This document shows, piece by piece, positions 47,052-57,849 of a stretch of 64,000 bases of DNA. Position numbers and translations under genes: made by a program. How positions within the stretch are numbered: the stretch's first letter is position 1; every line of letters begins with the position of its first letter. The notes below the pieces were generated by a model that saw only the letters and a program-made list of their open reading frames with translations, was not told the origin of the DNA and did not search any database. The DNA lies in the NCBI GenBank assembly GCA_900766735.1, contig CAAFWO010000052.1, positions 58,539 to 122,538 of the forward strand, written 5' to 3'. The DNA is from Clostridia bacterium (GTDB taxonomy: Bacteria > Bacillota > Clostridia > CAKSNL01 > HGM11501).

Positions 47052-49654
47052 AAATGATTGAGGACAGAAGCAAAATGTCCGCCATGATGCGGCAGTATCT
47101 TGCGACGAAGGACGATTATCCCGACGCAATATTAATGTACCGCGTCGGCGATTTTTACGAGATGTTTTTTGACGACGCGGTGACAGCGTCGCGCGAGCTT
47201 GAGCTTGTTTTAACGGGCAAGGACTGCGGCCTGCCTGAGCGCGCGCCGATGTGCGGCGTGCCGTTCCACGCGGTCGATAACTATATTTCGCGACTGGTCG
47301 CGAAGGGCTATAAGGTCGCGATATGCGAGCAGGTGGAGGACCCTAAGGAGGCCAAAGGCTTAGTCAAGCGCGACGTTATAAGGGTCGTCACTCCCGGAAC
47401 GACGACGGATGAGGCACTGCTCGATTCGCGCCCGACAAACTATATGTGCGCGGTCAAAAAGAGCGGAAACGACTCCGCGCTCGCCATTGCCGACGTGTCG
47501 ACAGGCGAGGTTTTGGTGACCAAAATAACATCGGACGACGAGAACGACTTAATAAGCGAGATCACGAGGTTCGCGCCGGTCGAGATACTTTTAAACGAAG
47601 AGGCGGCCGCATCTAATGCTTTGACAGACTACATCGCGGAGAGGACGAAGGCGCTTTCCTTTTCGTGCGACGAGAGCTATTTTTCATATGAAAACGCGAA
47701 ATGCGTTATCGAGCTTCAGTTCGGAGACGAGAGCAAAAAGGTCTTGGACGATAAGGATATTACGGGTGCGCTCGGCGCTTTAATGTCATACATCGAGGAG
47801 ACGCAGAAGGTGGAGCTTGCCCACATAAAGGAGATCAACTTCTTTGACGCGGCGCGGTTTATGGAGCTTTCCGGAACGGCGATGAGAAACTTGGAGCTTG
47901 TCGAGAATATGCACGACAAGACAAGGCGCGGCACGCTTTTGTCCGTGCTTGATAAGACGTGCTCCACGATGGGAAAAAGAACGGTCAAAAACTGGATATT
48001 GCGGCCTTTAATTGACACCGTGAAGATTAAAGAAAGGCTTGACGCGGTGGGCGAAGCGGCGGAAAAGCTTATCTTAAGAAGCGACGTCCGCGCGCTTATC
48101 GCGAAGATAAACGATATTGAAAGAATAGTCAGCCGCGTTTCGCTCGGCACGGTGAACCCGAGAGACCTGGTCGCTCTAAAGACCTCGCTCGGCGTGATCC
48201 CGGCTCTTATCGGCGAGTGCGAAAAATTCAAATGCGACTTTCTTAAAAAAGAGTCATCGCGCTTAGAGCCTTTGACAGATTTATATGACCTTATCGACCG
48301 CGCAATAAAGGACACCGACACTCCGGTCTCCGTCCGCGAGGGGAGAATGATAAAAGAAGGCTTTTCAGAGGAGATCGACCGGCTTAACGCGCTGATGAGC
48401 GGAAGCAAGGGCATTCTTGCCGAGATCGAGGCGCGCGAGAGGGAGAAAACCGGCATTCCCAAGCTCAAGGTCGGCTATAACAAGGTGTTCGGCTATTACA
48501 TCGAAGTCTCGAACGTGAACCTTTCAAAGGTGCCGGCAGAATACATAAGAAAGCAGACGCTGACAAACGGCGAGCGCTACATAACGGAGGAACTAAAAGA
48601 GGTCGAGAAGGATGTTTTGTCCGCCTCGGAAAAGGTCGTAAGATTGGAGTACGACGCGTTTTTATATGTTGTTAATGCCGTTAGGGAAAAGACGGGCGAG
48701 ATTCAGAAGACCTCGCGCGCGGTCGGCGTTATCGACGTTATATGTTCGTTTGCCGAGGTCGCGGTCAAAAATTCATACTGTATGCCGGCGGTGGACAATT
48801 CAGAGACCATAGAGATCAAAAACGGCCGCCATCCGGTGGTCGAGCAGATAAAGGGGAGCGAGCTTTTCGTCCCGAACGACACGAATCTATCCGGCAAGGG
48901 CGATTCGATGGCGATCATAACCGGCCCGAATATGGCCGGAAAGTCGACCTATATGCGCCAGACGGCGCTTATCGTCCTGATGGCGCAGATCGGCTCGTTC
49001 GTGCCGGCGTCGGAGGCGAGGATCGGCGTGTGCGACAGGATATTTACAAGGGTCGGCGCGTCGGACGACTTATCGTCCGGCCGGAGCACCTATATGGTGG
49101 AGATGAGCGAGGTCGCCGAGATTGTGAATAACGCGACGAAAAAGAGCCTTGTCATATTGGACGAGATCGGCCGCGGAACAAGCACGTTTGACGGGCTTTC
49201 CATGGCCTGGGCGATCGTTGAATACTGCGCCGAAAAAATTCACTCGCGCACATTATTTGCGACGCACTACCACGAGCTGACAAAGCTTGAGGGCGCTGTT
49301 TTAGGCGTTAAGAACTACTGTATCGCCGCGAAAAAGCGCGGAAACGACATTATTTTCCTCCGCAAGATAATAAGGGGCGGAGCGGACGAGAGCTACGGAA
49401 TCGAGGTCGCGCATTTGGCCGGCGTCAAGGAGTCCATCATCCGCCGCGCGAAGGAGATATTAAAAGGCCTTGAAGAAGAGGGCGCGTGCCGTATGCCGGA
49501 GCGTGAAGCCCCGTCGGGCGACATTCAGCTTTCGCTTGAATCCGGCGCGCGCGACGGAATAATCGACAGACTCCGAATGATCGACATTTCGGCGCTGACG
49601 CCGATCGAGGCATTAAACATATTAAACGAACTTAAAAACAAGGCGACAGAGTAA
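47048..49654 (+). CDS. mutS: DNA mismatch repair protein MutS
   Basis: Walker A GPNMAGKST, the ...FATHYHEL motif, and a length of 868 aa. Confidence 0.95.
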   Translation: MKMIEDRSKMSAMMRQYLATKDDYPDAILMYRVGDFYEMFFDDAVTASRELELVLTGKDCGLPERAPMCGVPFHAVDNYISRLVAKGYKVAICEQVEDPKEAKGLVKRDVIRVVTPGTTTDEALLDSRPTNYMCAVKKSGNDSALAIADVSTGEVLVTKITSDDENDLISEITRFAPVEILLNEEAAASNALTDYIAERTKALSFSCDESYFSYENAKCVIELQFGDESKKVLDDKDITGALGALMSYIEETQKVELAHIKEINFFDAARFMELSGTAMRNLELVENMHDKTRRGTLLSVLDKTCSTMGKRTVKNWILRPLIDTVKIKERLDAVGEAAEKLILRSDVRALIAKINDIERIVSRVSLGTVNPRDLVALKTSLGVIPALIGECEKFKCDFLKKESSRLEPLTDLYDLIDRAIKDTDTPVSVREGRMIKEGFSEEIDRLNALMSGSKGILAEIEAREREKTGIPKLKVGYNKVFGYYIEVSNVNLSKVPAEYIRKQTLTNGERYITEELKEVEKDVLSASEKVVRLEYDAFLYVVNAVREKTGEIQKTSRAVGVIDVICSFAEVAVKNSYCMPAVDNSETIEIKNGRHPVVEQIKGSELFVPNDTNLSGKGDSMAIITGPNMAGKSTYMRQTALIVLMAQIGSFVPASEARIGVCDRIFTRVGASDDLSSGRSTYMVEMSEVAEIVNNATKKSLVILDEIGRGTSTFDGLSMAWAIVEYCAEKIHSRTLFATHYHELTKLEGAVLGVKNYCIAAKKRGNDIIFLRKIIRGGADESYGIEVAHLAGVKESIIRRAKEILKGLEEEGACRMPEREAPSGDIQLSLESGARDGIIDRLRMIDISALTPIEALNILNELKNKATE

Positions 49655-49666
49655 GGAGGCGGCCAA

Positions 49667-51493
49667 ATGGCGAGAATACACGTTTTGGACAAAAGTGTTT
49701 CAAATATGATCGCGGCAGGCGAAGTGGTTTCGCGCCCGGCCTCCGCCGTTAAGGAGCTCATTGAAAACGCGATGGACGCGGGGGCGAAAAACATCACCGT
49801 CGAGATCAAAAACGGCGGCATCAGCTTTTTGTCCGTGACGGACGACGGCTCGGGCATCGAGGAGGACGATATTTTGACCGCCTTTATGCCGCACGCGACA
49901 AGCAAGATCGCCTCGGCGAAGGACCTGGGCAGCATCATGACCTATGGCTTTCGCGGCGAGGCATTATCGAGCATCGCGGCAGTCTCGCGCATCACGCTCG
50001 TGACAAAAACTCTCGATGCCGACGAGGCAGTGAAGCTGGAGCTTGAGGGCGGCGAGGTCAAGGGAAGCGAGACGGTCGGCGCGAAAACGGGCACGCATAT
50101 CGCGGTGTCGGACATATTTTTCAACACGCCGGCGCGCTATAAGTTTTTGAAAAAGGATTCGGCAGAGGCCGCCGCGGTGACAGACGTTGTGCAAAAGGCG
50201 GCGCTTTCACGGCCGGACATTTCTGTCCGCTACATAAGCTCCGGCCGCGAGGCGTTTAAGACACAGGGCGACGGAAATCTATTAAACGCGGTCTATTCGC
50301 TTTTCGGGGGCGACATTGCAAAGCACATGATAAAGGTGGACTATTCGGATTCCGGCGTCCGCGTGACGGGGTATTCGGGCACTGCCGCCGTGGCAAGGCC
50401 GAACAGGAACATGCAGATATTTTTCGTCAACGGCAGAAGCGTGGTGAGCCGCACGGTATCCTTCGCGCTCTCCGAGGCGTATAAAAACCAGCTCACGGTC
50501 GGGCGTTTCCCGTCCGCCGTGCTGAATATCGAGGTTGACCCGTCGGCGGTGGATGTGAACGTTCACCCGTCGAAGACCGAGGTCAAATTCACGGACGAGA
50601 AGACCATATATGACGCGGTGTACTGGGGCGTTAAAAATATGCTCTATGAAAAGCCCTATGTCCCGGCGGTCGAATCCATCACAAAAAAGCCGGCAGAGCC
50701 GGTGCGCCCGGCGCAGACAGAAGCGCCGAAGGAGCAAAACCCGATTGTTGCGCACGTTCAAAAGAGCCTTGACACGTTCGAGAAAAAGTCCGGCTTTCAC
50801 AAGATCGAGCCGGTGAAAAAAGAGGCGTCAAAAACGTTTGCCGCCGAAGAAAGAGTAAAATACGAGCCGAAGCCGGAGGAAAAGCCGGTTCAGCAGACCA
50901 TCGCGGCGGAAGAGACGGACGACTTTACTCTGATCGGCCAGGTGTTTGACACATATCTCATTGCCCAGAAGGGGAGCGACATGCTCTTGATCGACCAGCA
51001 CGCCGCGCACGAGAGATTAAACTATGAGGCGCTCAAGAAAAAGCGCGACGAAAACGAGCCGGCCGGCCAGCTTTTCTTGGTACCCGAGGTTATAAGCTTA
51101 AGCGACTCGGACATGGTCGTCTGGGAGGAAAACAGGGAGTTTTTTAAGTCCATCGGCTTTGAGACGGACAAGATGGGCGAAAACGACATCATGATAAGGA
51201 GCGCGCCTTATGGGACGGACGTTTCGGACAGTGGCGACGTTATCCGCGAGATATTAACGCTTTTATCGGATAAGAGGCACGACAACAGGCGCACATATTT
51301 AGAGGAGCGCGCGATGTATACAGTGTCGTGCAAGGCGGCGATAAAGGCGAATATGGCCATCTCGCCGCTTGAGCAGAGGGAGCTTATCAAAAAAGTGCTC
51401 GCGCTTCCCGGCATCAACACATGCCCCCACGGCAGGCCGATCATGATCAAGATGACGAAAGAGAAAATCGAAAAGGAATTTAAGAGAATATGA
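49667..51493 (+). CDS. mutL: DNA mismatch repair protein MutL
   Basis: GHKL ATPase motifs (ELIENAMDAG, DDGSGI) and a C-terminal dimerisation/endonuclease domain. Confidence 0.95.
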   Translation: MARIHVLDKSVSNMIAAGEVVSRPASAVKELIENAMDAGAKNITVEIKNGGISFLSVTDDGSGIEEDDILTAFMPHATSKIASAKDLGSIMTYGFRGEALSSIAAVSRITLVTKTLDADEAVKLELEGGEVKGSETVGAKTGTHIAVSDIFFNTPARYKFLKKDSAEAAAVTDVVQKAALSRPDISVRYISSGREAFKTQGDGNLLNAVYSLFGGDIAKHMIKVDYSDSGVRVTGYSGTAAVARPNRNMQIFFVNGRSVVSRTVSFALSEAYKNQLTVGRFPSAVLNIEVDPSAVDVNVHPSKTEVKFTDEKTIYDAVYWGVKNMLYEKPYVPAVESITKKPAEPVRPAQTEAPKEQNPIVAHVQKSLDTFEKKSGFHKIEPVKKEASKTFAAEERVKYEPKPEEKPVQQTIAAEETDDFTLIGQVFDTYLIAQKGSDMLLIDQHAAHERLNYEALKKKRDENEPAGQLFLVPEVISLSDSDMVVWEENREFFKSIGFETDKMGENDIMIRSAPYGTDVSDSGDVIREILTLLSDKRHDNRRTYLEERAMYTVSCKAAIKANMAISPLEQRELIKKVLALPGINTCPHGRPIMIKMTKEKIEKEFKRI

Positions 51494-52431
51494 AAATACC
51501 CGTGATCGTTGTCTCGGGGCCCACGGCCTCCGGCAAGAGCGCACTCGCGTTAAAAATCGCCGAAAAGTACGGGGGCGAGATCGTCTCGGCCGACTCGATG
51601 CAGATATATAAAGAGCTTTCGGTCGGCACGGCAAAGCCCGATAAAAGCGAAATAAAAAGAGTGCCCCACCACTTGGTGGACATTTTAGAGCCTGAGGAAA
51701 AATTCTCGGCGGCGGACTTTAAAAAAAGAGCCGAAGAGGCGATAGAGGACATCTCCTCGCGCGGCCGCCTTCCCATAATCGCCGGCGGAACGGGGCTCTA
51801 TATCGATTCGCTCCTTTATTCAACCGGCTTTTCGCACCCGAAGGAAAACCCTAAACTCCGGCGCGAGCTTGCCGAGATGAACGAAAAAGAGGGAGCGGAC
51901 GCGGTCTATGCCATATTAAAAAGCCTTGATGGCGATGCGGCAGAAAAGATCCACAAAAACAACGTAAAGCGCGTTATCCGAGCGATCGAGATCATCAAAA
52001 GCACTCATAAGAGCCTGGAAGAAAGCGTCGAAAAGCCGCTCGGCGTATCGCCGAAATACGAGGTTTTATATGTTTTCATAAATCCCGACAGGCAGGAGCT
52101 TTACCGCCGTATCGACCGCCGCGTCGACGAAATGATGGAGCAGGGACTTTTGGATGAGGCGAAAATGCTTTTTGAAAGGAACGTTTTGCCGGACGCGACG
52201 AGCGTTCAGGCTATCGGCTATAAGGAGTTTTTCGGGATGTTTCGCGGCGAGAAATCGCTTTCGGACGCGGTGGACGAGCTTAAAAGAGACACGCGCCGTT
52301 ATGCCAAAAGGCAGGTAACGTGGTTCTCGCGCCACAAGGACGCGGTTGAGCTTGAAAAAAACGAGCTTTCACTTTTGGAAGAAACAGAAGAGTTTAAGAG
52401 GTTTATTGCTCTTTTGGGAAAGGACAAGTGA
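51490..52431 (+). CDS. miaA: tRNA dimethylallyltransferase
   Basis: P-loop GPTASGKS and the conserved SADSMQIYK motif. Confidence 0.9.
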   Translation: MKIPVIVVSGPTASGKSALALKIAEKYGGEIVSADSMQIYKELSVGTAKPDKSEIKRVPHHLVDILEPEEKFSAADFKKRAEEAIEDISSRGRLPIIAGGTGLYIDSLLYSTGFSHPKENPKLRRELAEMNEKEGADAVYAILKSLDGDAAEKIHKNNVKRVIRAIEIIKSTHKSLEESVEKPLGVSPKYEVLYVFINPDRQELYRRIDRRVDEMMEQGLLDEAKMLFERNVLPDATSVQAIGYKEFFGMFRGEKSLSDAVDELKRDTRRYAKRQVTWFSRHKDAVELEKNELSLLEETEEFKRFIALLGKDK

Positions 52432-53600
52432 GAATGAGAAGAGTAATTGCAATTTTACTTGTAATAATTCTTTTGTTCACGGCCGGATTTGCCGTGCACT
52501 ACATTAAAAACTCGGGCGCCGGGAAAACGGTGACCGCGGTCGAGACGACATATGAAAAATCCGCCGAGACGGAAGGCTTCATCTTGAAAAACGAAAAGGT
52601 GATCGACCTTTCGGGCGGCGAGTTCGCGCGTTTTTACTATAAAAACGGGGACAAGGTCTCGGGCAATTCAAAGATCGTTTCGCTTTATAACAGCGAGTCG
52701 GACGGGGCGCTGATTGCCGAGATCGAGAAGATTGACGAGCGCATAAAAAGCCTCGGCAGCGACTATGTGAATTTGACCGCGAACGACGTTTTAAAAGTCG
52801 AAAACTATATAGATTCGGACATCGACAAGATGGCGGACGTTATGGCAAAGGGCGAGGCGGCCGAGGAAACACTCCTTCGCGACAGGCTGACGGCGCTTTT
52901 TAACATCAAGCACACAAACTCCGCGCCGGAGAACGACGACGAGGAGGCACTAAATAGAGAAAAGCAGGCGCTTGAGGGCAAGCTCTCGTCGGCGAAGAAC
53001 GATGTTTTCGCCCCGATGGGCGGAATCTTTTCCGAGAAGGCGGACGGGTTTGAGGGCGCTGTTACACTTGACGAGGCGATGAATATCACTCCCTCGGGCG
53101 TGGACTCACTGCTGGCCGAAAAGGAAAAAGAGACAGGCAAGGCCGTGAAGATTATCGATAACTACAAGTGGTACATAATCGCCAAGGTGCCCGAAAAGAC
53201 CGTTTCGGGCAAGGAGAAAGGCGCAAAGGTGAAGATCGGGATGCCGGACGGGGAGATCACCGGAACGCTTGAATACCTCTCGGCCGGAGAGAACGGCTAT
53301 GTGGCTCTTCTGATCTCGACCGACAGGGACTCGTCCTCGCTTTCAGATGCGAGAAAGGTCAAGATCAAGCTGATATTCGACCGGTACTCGGGCTTCGTTA
53401 TCCCGACAAAGGCGTTTCACATTTACGACGGCGAATACGGCGTATTCGTTAAGAAAAATTCAAAAAAGATATTTAAAAAGACCGAGGTCATCTATTCGGA
53501 CGACGAGTACAGCGTTGTCTCAAGGTCGGACGGAACGGAGCTTAAACTCTATGACTCGGTTATTACGGACGGTGATTTAAGTGAATACTACGATCAGTGA
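52428..53600 (+). CDS. Membrane-anchored coiled-coil protein (HlyD-like secretion/adaptor family?)
   Basis: An N-terminal TM helix and a long coiled-coil region. It overlaps miaA and yggS. Confidence 0.35.
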   Translation: MRMRRVIAILLVIILLFTAGFAVHYIKNSGAGKTVTAVETTYEKSAETEGFILKNEKVIDLSGGEFARFYYKNGDKVSGNSKIVSLYNSESDGALIAEIEKIDERIKSLGSDYVNLTANDVLKVENYIDSDIDKMADVMAKGEAAEETLLRDRLTALFNIKHTNSAPENDDEEALNREKQALEGKLSSAKNDVFAPMGGIFSEKADGFEGAVTLDEAMNITPSGVDSLLAEKEKETGKAVKIIDNYKWYIIAKVPEKTVSGKEKGAKVKIGMPDGEITGTLEYLSAGENGYVALLISTDRDSSSLSDARKVKIKLIFDRYSGFVIPTKAFHIYDGEYGVFVKKNSKKIFKKTEVIYSDDEYSVVSRSDGTELKLYDSVITDGDLSEYYDQ

Positions 53601-54267
53601 GAACATTAAAAAAATCAGGGAGGAGATTGACCGCGCCGCATTAAAGGCCGGGCGCGACCCGGGCGAGATCACGCTTATGGCGGTCTCCAAGACCAAGCCC
53701 GTCGAGTCGGCAGTTTTGGCGGCGAAAAGCGGCGTTATTTTGGGCGAGAACTATGTTCAGGAATTTAAGGAAAAGTTTGAGGCGGAGCCCGAACTTCCCT
53801 GGCACTTTATCGGCCATCTTCAGACAAACAAGGTCAAATACATCGTCGGCAAGGCGAAAATGATCCATTCGGTGGACAGTCTGCATCTTGCCGAAAAGAT
53901 AAATTCCGAGTCGGAAAAGAGGGGAATTGTGACAGATTGCCTCGCGGAAATAAATTCCGGGTGCGAGGAAAGCAAATTTGGTTTGACATTTTCCGAATCT
54001 TTATATATAATAAAAGAAATGGCCGAATTCAAGAACATAAGGTTAAGAGGGCTCATGACTGTTGCGCCGGTCTGCCAGAGCGCAGAGGACAACAGAGAGA
54101 TATTTAAAAAGATGAAGGACACTTTCCTTGAAATAAAAAAGGATGTGCCTTCATTTGACACGCTTTCGATGGGAATGAGCGCGGACTTTACCGTCGCCGT
54201 CGAAGAGGGGGCGTCGATAGTCAGAGTCGGGACAGCGATATTCGGCGAGAGAAACTATACAAAGTGA
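53581..54267 (+). CDS. yggS: YggS/YlmE family PLP-homeostasis protein
   Basis: Alanine-racemase-N-like fold, the VSKTKP Lys motif, and a conserved position before sepF. Confidence 0.85.
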   Translation: MNTTISENIKKIREEIDRAALKAGRDPGEITLMAVSKTKPVESAVLAAKSGVILGENYVQEFKEKFEAEPELPWHFIGHLQTNKVKYIVGKAKMIHSVDSLHLAEKINSESEKRGIVTDCLAEINSGCEESKFGLTFSESLYIIKEMAEFKNIRLRGLMTVAPVCQSAEDNREIFKKMKDTFLEIKKDVPSFDTLSMGMSADFTVAVEEGASIVRVGTAIFGERNYTK

Positions 54268-54295
54268 AAAATTTTTATGAAAGGAAAGATACACT

Positions 54296-54823
54296 GTGGC
54301 AAACATTTTAAACAAGATCGGCGACATGATCTTCGGGCCCGAGGATTATGACGACGAGGAAATGACCGCCGAGGAAGAGACAGAAGAAAAAGAGGAAAAA
54401 AGAGGAATGGATCTTTTCCGCCGCGAAGAGCCGAAGGCGGAGATAAAGAAGGACGATTTTTCCCGTTCATATAAAAAGGAGGACGACTTTTCGCGCACAT
54501 ACGGCAAGAAGGGCAAGGTCGTTAACATCACGTCGACGACTCAGTTCGAGGTCGTTGTGCTTCAGCCCGAGTCCTTTGAAGAGGCGAAGGACATTGCGGA
54601 CAACTTGAAGGCGAAAAAGCCCGTTATCGTCAACCTTGAAAAGATCGAAAAAGAGCAGGCAAGAAGAATGGTCGACTTTGTTTCGGGCTCTTCCTATGCC
54701 TTGGGCGGCGACATTCAGAAGATTTCAAATATGATCTTCTTGGTAACGCCCTACACGGTCGGAATCTTAGGCGACTTTAAGGACGAGCTTAAGAACAAGG
54801 GCATCTTCCCCTGGAGCTATTGA
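54296..54823 (+). CDS. sepF: Cell division protein SepF
   Basis: Acidic linker and a conserved C-domain (...VIVNLEKIEKEQARRMVDFVSG). Confidence 0.85.
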   Translation: MANILNKIGDMIFGPEDYDDEEMTAEEETEEKEEKRGMDLFRREEPKAEIKKDDFSRSYKKEDDFSRTYGKKGKVVNITSTTQFEVVVLQPESFEEAKDIADNLKAKKPVIVNLEKIEKEQARRMVDFVSGSSYALGGDIQKISNMIFLVTPYTVGILGDFKDELKNKGIFPWSY

Positions 54824-54824
54824 T

Positions 54825-55091
54825 ATGGTTCTTTTAATAATAGTCAGGCTTTTGGAGATATATGACTTTATCATTTTGTTAAGGTGCATATGTTCATTCA
54901 TCTTTATGGGGACGTATAATTCGTTTTATATGTTCTTGGTGAAGATAACAGAGCCTGTGTTATCGCCGGTGAGAAACCTTCTTTCGCGCACGCCCCTGGG
55001 CAATCTGCCGCTTGATTTTTCACCGGTCATCGTGATGCTTTTGATTGGAGTATTGGAGCGTTGGGTTTACTTATTAAGCAGAGTGTTTTAG
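54825..55091 (+). CDS. yggT: YggT-family membrane protein (YlmG)
   Basis: Size (88 aa), two TM helices and its position. Confidence 0.75.
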   Translation: MVLLIIVRLLEIYDFIILLRCICSFIFMGTYNSFYMFLVKITEPVLSPVRNLLSRTPLGNLPLDFSPVIVMLLIGVLERWVYLLSRVF

Positions 55092-55825
55092 CGCACGGCG
55101 CCACGGAGGAGGAAAGGCTTATCCTCGCGAAGGCTTACGACGCATATGTTAAAAGTGAAAAGAGCTTTTATCCGGCCTTCACGCATTTTTTAACGCCGGC
55201 AGAGGCCGCCGCGGTACGGCGCGCGTTTTCAAATTGCGAAGCCGTTTCGTTTTCCGGCGGATATGATGATGCCGAGCGCGTTATGGCGGGCTTTAATTCG
55301 GGGGACGGGGATTTTCCGATAATGGCGGTACGCTTGTCGGGCGACTTTTCTCACATTGGTCACAGGGACGTTTTGGGGAGCTTAATGAGCCTTGGCATCG
55401 ACCGCGCCGTGACGGGGGACATTTTGGTCACGCCCGACGCGGTATATATCTTTTGCGAGGAGCGAATGGCAAAGTACATCGCGGAGAATTTAACCTCCGT
55501 TTCAAGGGAGGCCGTGAAATCCGAGGTCGTTTCGGTGGGCGAGATAAGCGCCGCGAGGCAGTTTGACGAGATCAAAAAAAGCGTTGCGTCCGAAAGGGCG
55601 GACGCAGTGGTCGGCGCGGTGTTCTCATTATCGAGGGCGGACGCGGCCGAGGCTATCGCGCGGCAGGAGGTTATGCTTAACTACAGCGTTTTGTCATCGA
55701 AGGACAAACGCATTTCGTCGGGCGACGTTATATCGGTAAGGGGCAGAGGAAAAGCCATAGTCACCTTTTCGGGGGACTTAAGCAAAAAGGGCAGGCTTTT
55801 CATTCTGATCAAAAAATATAAATGA
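55061..55825 (+). CDS. ylmH: YlmH-type S4-domain RNA-binding protein
   Basis: C-terminal S4 domain and a conserved position before divIVA. The start is uncertain; the TTG at 55061 was used. Confidence 0.6.
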   Translation: MGLLIKQSVLAHGATEEERLILAKAYDAYVKSEKSFYPAFTHFLTPAEAAAVRRAFSNCEAVSFSGGYDDAERVMAGFNSGDGDFPIMAVRLSGDFSHIGHRDVLGSLMSLGIDRAVTGDILVTPDAVYIFCEERMAKYIAENLTSVSREAVKSEVVSVGEISAARQFDEIKKSVASERADAVVGAVFSLSRADAAEAIARQEVMLNYSVLSSKDKRISSGDVISVRGRGKAIVTFSGDLSKKGRLFILIKKYK

Positions 55826-55842
55826 TTTAAGGAGTTGGTTTT

Positions 55843-56292
55843 ATGTATTCACCGCTTGAGCTTGAACAGATCGAATTTGAAAAAAAGGCGTTCGGCGGCT
55901 ACAGTATGGAGGATGTTGACAGAACATTTTCCGTGCTTAAGAGGGATTACGAGGAGCTTTATGTTGAAAACTCCGAGCTTAAGAAAAAGTTAAAGGCATT
56001 GGAGAGCCAGGTTTCCGAGAGCGAGGATATGAAGGAGACGCTTCACAATGTCTTAATCGCGGCTCAGAAGTCGAGCGACGAGAAGAAAGAGGCGAGCGAG
56101 AAAGAGGCCGAGCTCATCATCAAAAAGGCCGAGCTCGACGCGGAAAAGATCAAAAGCGGCGCGGAAAAAGAGGTTATGGACTTAGAGAAGAAGAAAGAGG
56201 ACTTAAAGAACGAGGTCTCCGTTTTCGTGACAAAGATGAGCGCGCTTTTCGAGGCGCAGGTCAAGTATTTAAATAAGTCGGAGGAGTTATAA
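55843..56292 (+). CDS. divIVA: DivIVA-domain cell-division protein
   Basis: N-terminal SPLELEQIEFEKKAFGGYSMEDVDRTF and a coiled coil. Confidence 0.85.
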   Translation: MYSPLELEQIEFEKKAFGGYSMEDVDRTFSVLKRDYEELYVENSELKKKLKALESQVSESEDMKETLHNVLIAAQKSSDEKKEASEKEAELIIKKAELDAEKIKSGAEKEVMDLEKKKEDLKNEVSVFVTKMSALFEAQVKYLNKSEEL

Positions 56293-56756
56293 TGTATCTT
56301 GCGGTGTGCGGGGCGCTGACTCTTTTGGTCGTATTGCTTGACTACATTACGAAAAGGATCGTATCGGGCAATATGGTGCTCTATCAGTCGATTCCGGTGA
56401 TAAAGGGTGTTTTTAACATCACATACGTTAAAAACACCGGCGCGTCGTTCGGGATGATGGCCGGAGCAAGGTGGTTCTTCGTCGCGGTCACGGTGATTTT
56501 AATCGCCGCGGTCATTTACTATGCGGTGAAGAACAAGATCACCGATAAGCTTTTTTTAGTCTCCGCCTCGTTCGTTGTCGGCGGCGGAATCGGCAACCTG
56601 ATCGACAGGATCGCGACCGGCGCGGTGGTGGACTTTTTTGACTTTTGCCTCATCAATTTTGCGATATTCAACGTGGCGGACTGTTTTGTCGTCGTCGGCG
56701 TTATATTAATGGCAATATATTATATTAAAGAAGAGAAAACGAAAAAAGAGGAATAG
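56292..56756 (+). CDS. lspA: Lipoprotein signal peptidase II
   Basis: Conserved NTGASFGM and FNVAD motifs. Confidence 0.9.
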   Translation: MYLAVCGALTLLVVLLDYITKRIVSGNMVLYQSIPVIKGVFNITYVKNTGASFGMMAGARWFFVAVTVILIAAVIYYAVKNKITDKLFLVSASFVVGGGIGNLIDRIATGAVVDFFDFCLINFAIFNVADCFVVVGVILMAIYYIKEEKTKKEE

Positions 56757-56758
56757 AC

Positions 56759-57682
56759 ATGGAGAAAAGCATTAAGGTCACAGAGGGCGGCAAAAACGTC
56801 CGGGCGGACGTTTTTGTTTCCGAAAATGAGGAGGATATTTCGCGTTCGTTCGCGGGTCGGCTTTTTTCCGAGGGGCTGGCGAAGGTGAACGGGAGTGCGG
56901 CAAAGCCGAGCCTGAAGTTAAAAGAGGGCGATGTCATAACCTTCACGCTTCCCGAGCCCGAGGCGATCGACGCCGTGCCCGAGGACATTTTATTGGACAT
57001 CGTCTATGAAGATGACAGCGTTTTGGTCATAAACAAGCCGCGCGGAATGGTTGTGCATCCGGCGGTCGGAAATGAAAGAGGCACGGTTGTGAACGCCGCG
57101 CTTTTTCACTGTCAGGGCTCGCTTTCCGGCATCAACGGGAGCGTGCGCCCGGGGATCGTTCACAGGATCGATAAGGACACGACGGGTCTATTGATCATCG
57201 CGAAGAACGACCGCGCGCATAAGAGCCTGACAGATCAGCTGGCCGACCGGTCGCTCTCGAGGGTGTATTACGCGCTCGTGAACGGCAATATTAAGGAGGA
57301 CGGCGGCACCGTCGACGCGCCGATCGGCAGAAGCCCGAAGGACAGAAAGAAGATGGCCGTCGTGCCGGACGGGCGCAGTGCGGTGACGGATTTTGAGGTG
57401 ATCGAGCGGTTCGGCGCATACACTTTGGTTCGGTGTAAGTTAAGAACCGGGCGGACGCACCAGATCAGGGTGCATATGAAGCACATCGGCCACAGCGTGG
57501 TGGGCGACAAGGCGTACGGCATCAAGAACGAGCGGTTCGCGCTTGCCGGTCAGCTCCTTCACGCGAAGGAAATTTCCTTCATTCACCCCGAAACCGGGGA
57601 AAAGGTGACATTTTCGTGCCCTCTGCCCGAGGATTTTTCCGCGGTTTTAGAGGTTTTGAGAAAAACGAAAAAGGAAGATTAG
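56759..57682 (+). CDS. rluD: 23S rRNA pseudouridine synthase, RluA family (RluD-like, S4 domain plus catalytic HRIDKDTTGLL)
   Basis: Catalytic Asp motif HRIDKDTTG, and an operon position after lspA. Confidence 0.85.
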   Translation: MEKSIKVTEGGKNVRADVFVSENEEDISRSFAGRLFSEGLAKVNGSAAKPSLKLKEGDVITFTLPEPEAIDAVPEDILLDIVYEDDSVLVINKPRGMVVHPAVGNERGTVVNAALFHCQGSLSGINGSVRPGIVHRIDKDTTGLLIIAKNDRAHKSLTDQLADRSLSRVYYALVNGNIKEDGGTVDAPIGRSPKDRKKMAVVPDGRSAVTDFEVIERFGAYTLVRCKLRTGRTHQIRVHMKHIGHSVVGDKAYGIKNERFALAGQLLHAKEISFIHPETGEKVTFSCPLPEDFSAVLEVLRKTKKED

Positions 57683-57693
57683 GGTAAAAACGT

Positions 57694-57718
57694 GGGACGG
57701 CGCCGGCCGTCCTTTTTT
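57694..57718 (+). terminator. Rho-independent terminator after rluD
   Basis: ggacggc-loop-gccgtcc hairpin followed by TTTTTTG. Confidence 0.65.
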
Positions 57719-57736
57719 GTGCACATCACGAAGAGC

Positions 57737-57768
57737 GCCCGTAGGGTCGATTCACGAATCGACCGGCC
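57737..57768. repeat. REP-like palindromic element, copy 2 (CCCGTAG-GGTCGATTCACGAATCGACC-GGCC), inverted relative to copy 1
   Basis: A 20-nt palindrome differing from copy 1 only in the loop base. The flanks are the reverse complement of those of copy 1. Confidence 0.6.
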
Positions 57769-57849
57769 ACAAAACATACGTCCGTCTTCTTTGCCGTCAG
57801 ATTTCACTAAAAAGAGCAATATTTCTGAACAAAAGGAGGAACTATATTA